Shown here: positions 41,101 through 55,104 of the stretch, in pieces
Numbering within the stretch: position 1 is the first letter of the stretch
Layout of the letters: every line of letters begins with the position of its first letter
Source of the DNA: Octopus vulgaris
Taxonomy: Eukaryota
Direction of reading: 5' to 3'
NCBI GenBank assembly: GCA_951406725.2
Contig: OX597827.1
Location: 496,001 to 560,000 of the forward strand
DNA: 64,000 bases
Made by a program: the position numbers and the translations under genes
The notes under the pieces: model-generated
Databases searched by the model: none
What the model was told of the DNA's origin: nothing
The model's input: the letters and a program-made list of their open reading frames with translations, nothing else

Positions 41101-41626
41101 TATATAACTCTGTTTCTTGTTCTATACGTATAAGATACTTGTTTGATATTCCATACTTTCATATTTATTGTTCCATACATTAATATATGCTTGTTGCCCT
41201 TTACTTTTCTACCTGTTTGTTGTTCCATACTTTTCTCCAAGTGTATCATTCCGTACTTTTCTACATTTGTGCCGTTTCATACTTTTCAACCTGTTTGTTC
41301 TTTCATAATTTCATACTTGGCGATTTGGCAGAGTTGTTAGAGCATCGGATACGATAACCTGCTTGCTTTAATGATTGCGTTCTGAGTTCGGATTTCGCCT
41401 AAATCAACTTAGTTCTCATCCTAGTCGTTTGGCTAAATAGAGAATAATTCTACGGAACCACCACCATCACTGTTCTATGTGATCTAAGATGCATATTTGT
41501 TGTTCCATACTTTTCTTTTATTTGTTTGTTGTTCCATGCTGTATTATTTTTGATCTGATGGAGCTTAACGAACGGATACAAACTGAAGACCCATCAGCTA
41601 CAGACATCTGTAACTGATGTACGTTA

Positions 41627-41676
<50 letters not shown>

Positions 41677-41719
41677 AGACACGTTAGATACATATATATA
41701 TGCGTGTATACACATACAC

Positions 41720-41783
<64 letters not shown>

Positions 41784-41872
41784 TAAAAAAAGACATCACT
41801 TCCACGGATTCTACAGTTATACTGTATTGAAAACAATTCCAAGTTTCAGTTTCTCACAAACACACGGACGGA

Positions 41873-41962
<90 letters not shown>

Positions 41963-42603
41963 CAAACGCGATTCATGTATTTATACTACGCATATTTATT
42001 CATATGTAGATGTATATAAATGTATACATCTATACACTTATGTATATACACACACTTATATACATCTACATGAAAATGCAATCGTAAGAAGCAGTAAATA
42101 GTGTATGGTTTGCGTGTGTTAGAATCAAGGATGCAAGCACACACACACACACACACGGATACATGCTCACATGTATACACACGCGAATGCACACACATGC
42201 ACGAGCGCTCACAGACATCTCTTCATAATCAGAAGATAGAATTATTTTTTAGAAAAACATTCAGGGACCTATTTTTCGAACAATTGTTTAATTTAGAAAA
42301 GAACATTTTTTTCCCCTTTTCCAATCTTTCCAGTATGTGAAATATCCGAATGACTCCAAGGAACTTCCATAGATATTATTTTTTAACCATGAAAACTTAA
42401 GGATTTATCTTCCAATTGTGAGTTTCTTAACTGAGAAAGTTATTCTATACATTTTTTTCATGTGAAAATGTAGAAAAACACGAAAAATAGAAAAAAACCT
42501 TTATTAATCAAGGCTTGAAAAACAACTCTCTCTCAACTTTCCTTTTTTTCTTGAGCGAAACTTTAATCTCTCTGTAGGCCTCTCTCTTTATCTCTCGGTA
42601 TGA

Positions 42604-42654
<51 letters not shown>

Positions 42655-42718
42655 TATGTGTGATGTGCATATGTGATGTGTGTATGAGTGATGCATGTGT
42701 GTCGTGTGATGTGATGTG

Positions 42719-42758
<40 letters not shown>

Positions 42759-43873
42759 TATGTGTGCAAAACTTTTTCTCCTTGTGTTCTTTCTGTTCAA
42801 CCCTTGATACGTACATAGATACATACATACATGTATGTATGTATGTCTGTATGTATGTATGTATGTATGTATGTATGTATGTATGTATGTATGTATGTAT
42901 GTATGTATGTATGTATGTGTGTATGAACGTACCTATGTATGTAGGTAAAAAGAAATCTATGAAAAACCTATTTTCAATCTTGTTCACAAAAACCTATCTC
43001 TGCCGGTTTAAAACGTTTTTACGAAAACCTAAGATCTCCCACTCAATCTCGTTCTCTCTCTCTCTCTATCTATCTGTTTAGGTATCAACCTATTTATCTA
43101 TCTAAGCTGTTAGGTAGGTACCTTCCTTCCTTCCTTCCTTCCTTCCTTCCTTCCTTCCTTCCTTCCTTCCTTCTTTCCTTCCTTCCTTCCTTCCTTCCTT
43201 CTTTCCTTCCTTTCTTCCTTCCTATCCAAAACTTTTCTATTGTCAATTATTTCTTTAGTTCGTAAATATAATGCGCACACACACACGTGTGTGTGTGTGT
43301 GTGCTTGTGACTATGTATGTATGCCTGTGATTGTGTTTGTGCGTGGGGGTATTATATGTATGTGTGTGTGTGTGTCTGTGCTAGTGTGCGTATATATATA
43401 TATATCACTGTGTGTCCCTATGTGTGTGTGTGTATCACTGCGCATGTGTGTGTGTGTTACTTATGTGCATGCGTGTCTGTGTCTGTGTGTTTGTACGACT
43501 GATGTTTCACTTTAACGCTCAAGTTTACGATTCGTGACAAACAATGAATTCATTTCACCGGGTGATCCTTGTGAGTGTGTGTGCGTGCGTGTGTGCACGC
43601 GTGTATGTAATCACCTACATGTGTGTGTGTGCGTGTGTGTGTATGTGTGTGATTCTGTGACGTGAGCATCTGTGCATGTGTGTTCATGTCAGTACATAAA
43701 TGTGTATGACTTTATGTGTGTGTGTGTATGTCTGTGTGTGTGTGTGTGTAAGCTTGAGTATGTACCGTGTGGTCTTCGTTTGTGTGTATGTGTGTGCGTC
43801 TTTTTGGTGCACGTATACATGTGTGTTTGTATACAGATCAGTGCGTCGACGTGTGCATGACTTTGTCAGTCTG

Positions 43874-43909
<36 letters not shown>

Positions 43910-43941
43910 CCTTTCTATCTATCTATGTTAAATATAGCACA

Positions 43942-43972
<31 letters not shown>

Positions 43973-45329
43973 TACATATATGTGTATTTGTGTATGCAAA
44001 AGAACAAGGTATGTGACCTTAAGGGAGATTTGGCTATCATTTCTTACATGTCGGACGACCAAGTGTATACTCCCTCAATAATTTTTTGCTGTTTTTATAC
44101 TTTTTTCCCAGTCATTGGGATGCGGCCATACTGGGGCACCGCCTCAAAGGGTTTTTACTCCAACAAATCAACCCCAGTACTTATTTTTCTTTTAAATCTG
44201 TAAGTTATTGTATCAGTTTCTACTTTTGAACCGCTAAGTTATGGGGAAGCGAACAAACCAACACCGGTTAACAAGCGGTGGGTTAGGGAAAACACAAGCA
44301 TAAAGACAACCGATGGCGACGATAGTGATGTTGTGGTGTTCATTAATTGCTTTAAACGAAAATCTCAGTCATTTCTGAATGTTATTTCTTAACAAATGCC
44401 TGATGTTAAAATGACACAAATGATTCCTACCGAGATTCGAACTCGGGTTGAGCTGGATGTGCAGAACAGCGATCAAGGCCCTCACTGCGTCACTGGATTC
44501 ACGACTCAACAGCTGCTTCTTTTGTTGTTGTTGTTTAGCCCGAGGTCAGACGTGATTTGAGTAGGCCCTTATTATCAAAGGCTTTCTGACCGTGACCAGC
44601 TGTTTTATTCGCAGCTATTATGCGTCTTAAGATTATGTTATATGATACGCCCTTTATATTTCAAAACGGTCGCCAACGAGTTGATGTAGAACTTGACTGC
44701 TGTTTCTAGCAGATGTAGCTTCCGCGTGTGTGTATGTGTTTGTGTGTGTGTGTATGTCTGTCTGTGTGTGTGTGTGTGTATTTGTCTATATGTGTGGAAG
44801 TGCAGCTAAGATGGCAGTATCGACAGAACATCGACAGTATTTACTTATTGTCTTGTTGCGATACGAGTTCAAATCCCGCTTGAGTTGGCTTTTCTCTCTC
44901 GCTTTTCAATAAAATAATGCACCGGTAAAATAGTGTGGTAAAATAGTGTGGTAAAATAGTGTGGTAAAGATGCTAAATAACTGGCCTCGTGCCAATAGCT
45001 CATCGGACAAAATGCTTAACGTCATTTCATCCGGTTTTACGTTCTGAGTTCAAATTCCGCTGAGGTCAACGTTGACTTAAATCCTTTCGGAGTCCATAAA
45101 ATAAGTATTAACTAACACTGGGGTCGATGTAATTGATTTGCCTGCTCTATTCAAATTACTGGCTTTGTGCTAAAATTTGGTACCATTATTACAACTGCCA
45201 CATCACCAAAGACTCGATTGGGGCATTCTAGAGTCTCCAAGCTTCTTGGACTAAAAAAGACAAAGTTTCATATTTATACCAAAAAACGTAGAAAATGTTG
45301 CATCTTCTCATGAAATTGTGTGCGTAAAT

Positions 45330-45372
<43 letters not shown>

Positions 45373-46015
45373 TAGTACGTGTGTGTGTGTGAGAATGCAT
45401 GCGTGCCTTGTAGGGTTTGTAATAAAAGTTATTTTTGTGGTCCTTGATGGTAATGAAGATCTTCACGTTGAAATCACAAGTTTTCGCGTGTATATCATGT
45501 TTCCTGATATTGTCCATGGTGGCAAAAGCTCTATACGACTCTAAGCTTCGTAGGACGAACATACATACATCACATACATGCATACATTCATACATACATA
45601 CATGCATACATACATGCATACATACATACAAACATACATACATACATATATACACAGCACGCATGCACGCACGCACACATATATGTGTATGTGTGTGTGC
45701 GCGTGTGTGTACATATAATACATATATATGTATATTTATGCGCTTGTGTGCGTATGCCTGTGTGTGTGTGTGTATGTGTATTTAGATAGTTAATATAACT
45801 TCGTTGATTTCTCCAGTCACGCTTTACACCGTACAGAGAGGGAAAGCGGGAGAGTAGAAGAAAGAAACAGAGAATTAGCATCAGAGGCGCGGGATGAGTG
45901 CACATCCTAGGCTTGGTGGCGAGCAATGAGTAAAGGAACGTTATACACATACGCGCACACACTGTGGAAGAAATTTACGCAAGCAGTGGAGGAGGAGGTG
46001 GAGTAGTAGTAGTAA

Positions 46016-46059
<44 letters not shown>

Positions 46060-46427
46060 AATGACAGAGTTGTTATAGCTGGTACTATACAAATAATTTA
46101 TTCCATTTGAATATATTTTCAGGTAACAAATATTTCGTTTTTGAATAACACCAAAAACTTCGATAAAATTTGGAGAATAATTTCCTGATATTAAGCATGA
46201 TAGCAAAACTGAACTTCCTAAATATGACATGCCATAAATATATACTCTGTCAGTGCCCCAGCATGGTCACAGCTTTTGAGCTGGAACGCATAAAAGAATA
46301 AAATAATGTGTGTACGTGTGTGTGCGCGCGTCTGTATGTATTTATGCGTACGTGTGTATGTATATATATGTGTGTATATATATGTGTGTGTGTATGTATG
46401 TATATATATATATATATATATATGTAT

Positions 46428-46486
<59 letters not shown>

Positions 46487-47023
46487 ATATGATGTATATC
46501 TAAATGTATACATGTGTGTGCGTGTGTGTGTATGTGTGTGCATGACTGTTTTCGTTTGCACTTGCTTAAAAGTGTTGTTTTACAACCCGCAAGTTTGCGT
46601 TTGACCACAACGAAGATTGACAAAATAGGTACTAGAGAGGAATATATGTTGGAATCAATTCGATTATACTCTAGAAACTGTGGCTCCAGCTTGGGCCCAT
46701 TCCAATTGCCGAAACACAAACAAACAAACATAGATATTATTTATTTTTACGTTAGTTGCATTAAAAAAAAAAACGAAAAAGAAAGCAAAGCCCCAAAACA
46801 GTTGATATTTAACTAAAGGCGAAACCGACTTTGCATTTCATCTGTTCGGGTTGATAAGATAAGTACCAGTTACTTTTGGGGTCGATGTAATCGACTTATC
46901 TCCTCTACATACATACATACATACATACATACATACACATATATACATACATACATACATACATACATACATACATACATACATACATACATACATACAT
47001 ACATACATACATACATACATACA

Positions 47024-47055
<32 letters not shown>

Positions 47056-47075
47056 CATACGCACACATGTATGTA

Positions 47076-47116
<41 letters not shown>

Positions 47117-47141
47117 ATCTATCTATCTTTCTATCTATCTT

Positions 47142-47185
<44 letters not shown>

Positions 47186-47318
47186 CATATATAAATCGTC
47201 AGTAAATCATAAATCTCAAAGAGAAGCACATTCTCCAGTTATAGTGGTCTTTTCTCCCTCCACTTTAGGGAGATGAAACCCGGGGTAACCTCATAGACCA
47301 GCCATAACTACCCTTAAT

Positions 47319-47686
<368 letters not shown>

Positions 47687-47697
47687 TTTATATATCG

Positions 47698-47891
47698 TTT
47701 TTGGAACAGTGGATCTCGAAGAAAATAAAGCTATAAATAATAGAGTGTAAATATTGGGTTGAAAATCCCCGTTGGATCGAAAAAGTTGAAGGCTGCTCAT
47801 GGGATACGAACCAACCGACTTCCGTAATCACGACACACTATTATTTATAGCTTTATGTGTTTCGAGATCCACAGTTCCGAAAAAAATATAT
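47698..47891. repeat. Fold-back element with arms of about 50 bp and a tRNA-like segment in the loop
   Basis: 47698-47748 is an imperfect reverse complement of 47833-47885; the loop's minus strand contains ggttcgtatccc. Confidence 0.8.
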
Positions 47892-48099
47892 TATTTTACG
47901 TTCTCCATAAGAATACCAATGCGACAAGCTTCCATAGAATCTCTATGAAACCGCTTTAATCACAAGAAGAATATAGAAAGTGAACATACGGCCAAAGTAC
48001 TACGTAGCGGAATCGAAAGCAGGGTCTCAGGTTTGCGGAGCAAACGTCTTTACCATTCGGCCAAACTACGTCTACACATTTACGCCCACAACACACACA

Positions 48100-48299
<200 letters not shown>

Positions 48300-48484
48300 G
48301 ATTCCTAAACATTTGTATTTACATACGAAACAGAAATGTGTACACTATTGTTTACAAACGGAAGTAAAAGAGCAAACATAACAATACATAATAATACATA
48401 AAACGTATTTATTCGCAAATTGGTTTAGGATTCACCCAGAATTGTTCCAAACGATCGCACATCACGTAACGGAGTAAATCATTG

Positions 48485-48515
<31 letters not shown>

Positions 48516-48541
48516 CGTACGGACGGACGTACGTACATATG

Positions 48542-48575
<34 letters not shown>

Positions 48576-48722
48576 TGTACGTACATATGTATATATGTAT
48601 GTATGTATGTGTGTGTGTGTGTGTGCATATATATATGTATGTATGTGTGTGTGTGTGTGCATATATATATATGGAAAAAAGTCAAGGTAGAAAATGCTAC
48701 AATAATTTTATAAAAAACATTT

Positions 48723-48758
48723 CAGTACCGGTTTCGGTCATTGAGACTTTTTCAACTG
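48723..48758 (-). ncRNA. Minimal type I hammerhead motif with U3-A8 core variant (family H2; diverged sibling at about 58390-58425)
   Basis: Minus strand reads cag-TTGAAAA-a-gtc-tcaat-gac-c-GAAAC-CG-GTA-ctg. Confidence 0.6.
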
Positions 48759-48963
48759 TAAGTACGGAAAACAAATAAATTTTGGAAAAATTAAATGAAA
48801 AGTATTTTAAAAGAATATTTGCATAGTATTCAAATGCAAGGGGCATTTTCCTTATTTCTGCCTGTCTCCGTCTCTCTTATTTACTTACTCTTGTGGGCTC
48901 GAGCTGCAAAGACATAAAAACTGATACTCAGAGTTTCACGTTCCCGTTCGTCAGACAGTTTTT

Positions 48964-49158
48964 AGCGGGTGCTGAAAATGTCCTGGCTTTAAGGATATCG
49001 CGAAAGGCCTGACTGGAGGACCAACTTTTTGAGTTCTTTCACAGAGCTTAGACAACCTGAAGTACCACTGCAATAAGTGTGTGAATCTGAGAGGGGGAAT
49101 ATGTTGAGTAAAATCATAATTAACTAACTGACCCTTCGGTATTTCAGCACTTCTCGTG
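48964..49158 (+). mobile_element. Mariner deletion derivative (MITE-like)
   Basis: TIR-like ends gggtgctgaaaa...tttcagcacttctcgt, and a transposase C-terminal remnant NKCVNLRG/EYVE*. Confidence 0.7.
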
Positions 49159-49178
49159 CGTGCGTGTGTGTAGGTATG

Positions 49179-49233
<55 letters not shown>

Positions 49234-49529
49234 ATATATATATAGACACACATATTATCTATATCCAGCCACGCGGTTGGAGAAATTCCCCTATCTAAAC
49301 GAACTGGTGTCGCTGAACAACTGATATAAATAATATATATAGCTTCATATGCACACGCACATACCTGTATGCGTGTGTGCACCATCGCTTGAAAACTAGT
49401 GTTGGTTTGTTTATGTCCCCGTAAGTTAGCGTTTTGGAATACACACCAGGCTTAAACGATAAATAAGTATTAAGGTCGAAACAAAAGAAACACAAACACA
49501 CACACACACGCACACACACACACACACAC

Positions 49530-49566
<37 letters not shown>

Positions 49567-49942
49567 TCCACTCACACACATACGCACGCACGCACATATA
49601 CAAGTGAATTTAGAGGGATATATTATCCGGTCGGATACCGTATTAGCTCTCAGGTAAGTTCCTGTTAACGGCTAACCACAACGATCAGTATGTAATGTGT
49701 ACACACACACAGCACACACACATATATATAAATACGCGACCACCTTCTAGCACTACTTGCAGAAACCTAACTTGCGAAGTGTTTGAATAACAACGTAGAA
49801 ATCTCATCTTTTGATTAACCAAAGAACGATTAGTTACACTTCGGTCAATTATAAGAGGAACACTTCCCCTGTCATAGCATTGATATCAGACTGGTACGTT
49901 ACAACCCTCACAGAGTATAAAATTCCAATTTTAATTTTATAT

Positions 49943-50045
<103 letters not shown>

Positions 50046-50069
50046 AATATATATATATACACGTATGTA

Positions 50070-50125
<56 letters not shown>

Positions 50126-50174
50126 GGCGATTTTTTCCTCCGTCTTCCCCTCCTTGGATCTTTCTTTTTTCTAT

Positions 50175-50209
50175 GTTTCTGACGAAGAGCTCCGCTCGAA
50201 ACGTTAAAT
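50175..50209 (+). ncRNA. Minimal type I hammerhead ribozyme motif with intact core, in a 180-bp (TA)n-flanked element (50121-50298, family H1)
   Basis: gttt-CTGACGA-a-gagc-tcc-gctc-GAAACGTT-aaat; palindromic ACGT stem III; GUU triplet. Confidence 0.75.
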
Positions 50210-50294
50210 TCTCCTTCTTTCTTTCCTTTCCTGAGCGTCCAATAACACTATACTTGTTCCACGTCCTCGCGTTGTTGTGTTTTCATATTTGGAT

Positions 50295-50359
<65 letters not shown>

Positions 50360-50829
50360 CCAGCCCATACAGTAGAAAAGTGTCTTCAAATAAGTCAGTA
50401 TGAAAAGTTCACGTAAGCCTATGCTATCGTAATAAAACAGATTTACAAAAACTTCAGAGTAAATTAGAAGAGGTTCACCAAGATGAAAAAGGCTAAATCG
50501 GTTTTGTATGTGTGTGTGTATGTGCGTTTGTGTGTGTGTTTCGCACGAAATTCTCGGGGTGTTGAGTCACTCTGTAACTTCTACCAATTATTATTAAAAA
50601 ATAAACAAAATTGTACTCAGGCTTTGAGTTCTATTTTTTCCCGTTTGCATCACCAGACCTATACATAACCTAATGCACACACACACACACCTATTGCCTG
50701 AATTTTCCCGTTTGTCGTATATATTTTCCAACATTATCAACGCAAACCATTCGTTTTCTCTTAGTTAAAGTTCAACTTTAAAAGTAGCCAATGATAGGAA
50801 TTATAACGATAATTATTGTTGACGAGAAT

Positions 50830-51194
50830 GTTGATGATGATGATGACGAGGAGGAAGATGATGAAGGTGATGTTACTGTTACTGTTGCTGTTGATGATGA
50901 TGATGATCACGACGACGACGATGATAAAGTTGATGTTACTGTTGCTGTTGATGATGTTGATGACAACGATGGCGATTTTAACGAAGGTGATTATAATGAA
51001 TATTGATGATGTCGGGGGGGGGGATAATGATACTCCTCATGTTGTTATCAATAATGATGATGATGGTGATGATGATGATGGTGACGATGATGATAATGAT
51101 GATGATGATGATGACGATGATGACGAGGATGATGATGAAGGTGATGATGATGATAATGATTATGATGATAACGATGATGATGATGATGATGATA

Positions 51195-51258
<64 letters not shown>

Positions 51259-51270
51259 CGACGACGATGA
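50830..51270. repeat. (GAT)n-rich trinucleotide repeat
   Basis: Directly visible; source of the poly-D, poly-M and poly-H ORFs. Confidence 0.9.
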
Positions 51271-51623
51271 TGGAAAATCGGTATTGATATGTTGCGTTGT
51301 TGTTGTTGCTGCAGTTGCTGACGATGTTGTTTAGTCCAAGAGCCAGTCATCGTGTTGAATTGCAGTGAAAGCTACGGTAGCCTGGTCCAACTAATCTTCC
51401 TTGGGCTACGTAGGTGTACACTATCTAATGTGCTCATTCTATTTCTCATATGGAGCTTTTGGATCGAAATTTGGGTGCAATTTTACACACGCACACACAC
51501 ACAAGTGTATCTCTCTCTCTATATATATATCTAAATGTATATGTATACCAATCTATCTATATAATTGCTCACACACACACACATATACGTGTGTGTATGA
51601 TGATGGTGATGGGTCCTCTAAAG

Positions 51624-52081
51624 CAGTGGTTCCCAACCTGGGTCCATATGACCCCTGGGGATTCATATCAGATTTTGTGGGGTCCACACAAAGCAAAACA
51701 GCAAATTGGGGACACACAGTTGTATGTGAAGGGTCAATGAAAAACTTCTGCTTTAGTTGTATATATTGCAAGAAACACCAAGGTTTCATTCTCTGCCATT
51801 TTACATAGTTCAACCTTTTTACTTAGTTCAGCCTTTTTACAAATATTATTGTATACATGTGGCTGAGTGATAAGCAGCTTGCTTCCCAACAATTTGGTCC
51901 GGGGTTCAGTTCCACTAGGCGGCATCTTGGGCAAATCACAGGTTAATGTGTGAAAAGCAAAAATAAGAATTTTGAATGAAGTATCTAGTTTTTAAACATC
52001 GAATGGCTATGGGGTCCACCAGGACAGAATAATAAACGAAGGGGTCCATGGAAACAAAGTAGAAGTGGTTGCGAAGCGCAG
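51624..52081. mobile_element. hAT (Charlie-like) non-autonomous MITE with a nested SINE B head
   Basis: Left TIR cagtggttcccaacc; degenerate right TIR ggttgcgaagcgcag; 8-bp TSD ctctaaag (51616-51623) and ttctaaag (52082-52089); subterminal ggggtcca repeats. Confidence 0.8.
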
Positions 52082-52887
52082 TTCTAAAGCCTACCGCAAT
52101 GAGCGTTCAATTGTTGGTTAAACTGATTTATAAGTGACTGAGAATTCCACAGCCATAAGCACCTTTAACGTAGTTCTCAAACATAATCAGTGTGACACGA
52201 TGTGACAGAGCTGGATTTTGAGAATTAAAGGTATAATCCATGTAACAGACTTCCTTCCATACATGTTTCTTCGACTTCAACTTCGTTCAAAAAGCCCGAG
52301 TCAACCCGAGGATATAGAAAAAGAAAAACACTAAAAACAAAACAATTAGCTAATCCTTTGCCACGCAGTGGAATTCAGTCCCTGATTTCGTGAAAAAGTT
52401 TCTTTATTGGCCACACGGCTGCACACAGATGGGACAAGTTACAAGGTAGAGCTTTTCTTTTGGGGGATGAAGAGAACAAAAAACAAAAGAAAAAAAAAAG
52501 GGGTGGCGTAAGGTTTTCGATCAAGAGGGATCGTAAAAGGGAAGAAAAGAACAAAAACAAAAAAAAAAATTTGAATAAAATAAAAGGAATAAAAAGAAAA
52601 AAAGAAAAGGAAAAGGAACAAAAGGAAAGAGAAATGAAAAAAGAAGAAAAAGATTTCGCGAAAAAGAAGCGAACACATAACCACATCAGTTATAAATTAA
52701 TGCGTGTATGTATGTAAAAGTGTATATATTTGTATGTATATGTATGCATATGTATATCTATATACGCGAGAGTGTGACTAAATTGTGTGTGTGTGTGTGT
52801 ATATATACGCACTTAGTTTCTCGCTTACGTATATAGATATACATACATATGTGCATATATAGGCACACAAATACACATACACACACT

Positions 52888-52921
<34 letters not shown>

Positions 52922-52959
52922 CATACATACATACATCTACACACATACACGTGTGTGTT

Positions 52960-53009
<50 letters not shown>

Positions 53010-53011
<2 letters not shown>

Positions 53012-53604
53012 ATTCTTTTTTACTCTAGGTACAAAGCCCGAAATTTTTTGGGAGGCGGCCAGTCGATTAGATCGACCCAGTATGCAACTGGTACTTAATT
53101 TATCGACTCTGAAAGGATGAAAGGCAAAGCTGATCTTGGTGGAATTTGAACTCGGAACGTAAAGGCAAACGAAATACCGCTAAGCATTTAGCCCGGCGTG
53201 CTAACCTTTCTGCCTGCTCGTCGCCTTATATATATATATGTATATATATATAACATTACGTGTTATAAAGATATATTGCATCACATATCTATTATTAAGT
53301 CGATTGTGTATCAAATAATGACGTTTGACGAGGTGAATGATCAGCAACAGAAACAACAACGAAAATAGTAACAGTAATAATAATAATAATGGTTTCAAAT
53401 TTTGCCACAATGGCAGCCATTTTAGGGTAGGGGATAAGTCGATTACATCGGCCCCCAGTACTTGGCTGGTACTGATTTTATCGACCTCGAAAGGATGAAA
53501 AGCAAAGTCCACCTCAGTGGAGTTTGAAATCAGAACGTAGCGACGGGTAAAATACCGCCAAGCATTTCGTCCAGCGTTCTAACGATTCAGCCAGCTCGCC
53601 GCCC
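53010..53604 (-). mobile_element. Two SINE family A copies (53010-53227 and 53390-53604)
   Basis: Family A motif on the minus strand. Confidence 0.85.
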
Positions 53605-53932
53605 TAATAATAATGATAATAATAATAACAATAATAATAACAATAACAATAATAATTTTATTTCATATAATTGAATATATTCCACATATTTTAGTTATTA
53701 CATATCTGTATATGTGGTATAGAATAATAATTGTTCGTTTACTGAAACGATCATACGAACAATTTGTATTTCTCTTTTCCGCATGAGCTGCCATAACTAT
53801 TATATACTTATGGCTGAGTGATAAGCAGCTTGCTTCCCAACAATTTGGTCCCGGGTTCAGTTCCACTAAGTGGCATCTTGGGCAAATCAAAAACCTTGTG
53901 TGTGAATTTGGTAAACGGAACTAAAAATAACC

Positions 53933-53963
<31 letters not shown>

Positions 53964-54062
53964 CTCAAAGTAAGTAACAGGATGTCAAATATGTATATGA
54001 GTGTGTGTGTATGCGTATAATTAAATAAAATAATATTGGCATAATGACTCTCCCTAGACACA

Positions 54063-54175
<113 letters not shown>

Positions 54176-54304
54176 CATGTGAATATATACAAATATGTGT
54201 GTTTTTGTGCTAGTGTGGGTAGGGTTATGACATACAACAGGTCGCTTTCGATTTTTCCTATCGAGAATGTTTTGTTTTGAACGTAATTTTACACACATTG
54301 TTTA

Positions 54305-54384
<80 letters not shown>

Positions 54385-54389
54385 CATCC

Positions 54390-54502
<113 letters not shown>

Positions 54503-54829
54503 TGCACACAGACATAAAAAAAAAACATTGGTGGTAACAGAAACCAGGGAAATGGTTTACGGTGCGGAAAATAATAATTGAAATAAAAGTATACAACACT
54601 TTTGATACGTCAGTGTGAGGTGAAATTTCGACGTTTGAAAGTAATTTTATACACACATGCATGCAAACATGCAGGCATCGTTATACACACATACATATAT
54701 ATATATGTGTGTGTGTGTGTGTTGTGTGTGTGTGTATGTTTGTGTATGTGTATATATATTTTTGTATCTAGGAATATATATTCACATACATAAACATGTG
54801 ATAGATATATATATGTATGTATGTGCGTG

Positions 54830-55032
54830 TTCTTGTGTTTGACTCTCGCACCACTTGGTAACAAGTGTTGGTTCATTTACGTTCCCGTACCCCAGCGGTT
54901 CATCCAAAGAGCCCGACACAATATGCAACAAACTTAAAAACAAGTACTGAAATCCATTTCTTTGATTGAACCCCGCAAAGTAGCTCTACAATGTGGCCGC
55001 AGTCCAATGAATAAAGCAAGGAAAAGAAGATA

Positions 55033-55104
<72 letters not shown>

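Noticed and set aside
49608-49660. Micro-exon ending in CAG/GTAAGT
   Set aside because: A good donor consensus, but a weak acceptor, and such motifs are expected by chance in 64 kb.
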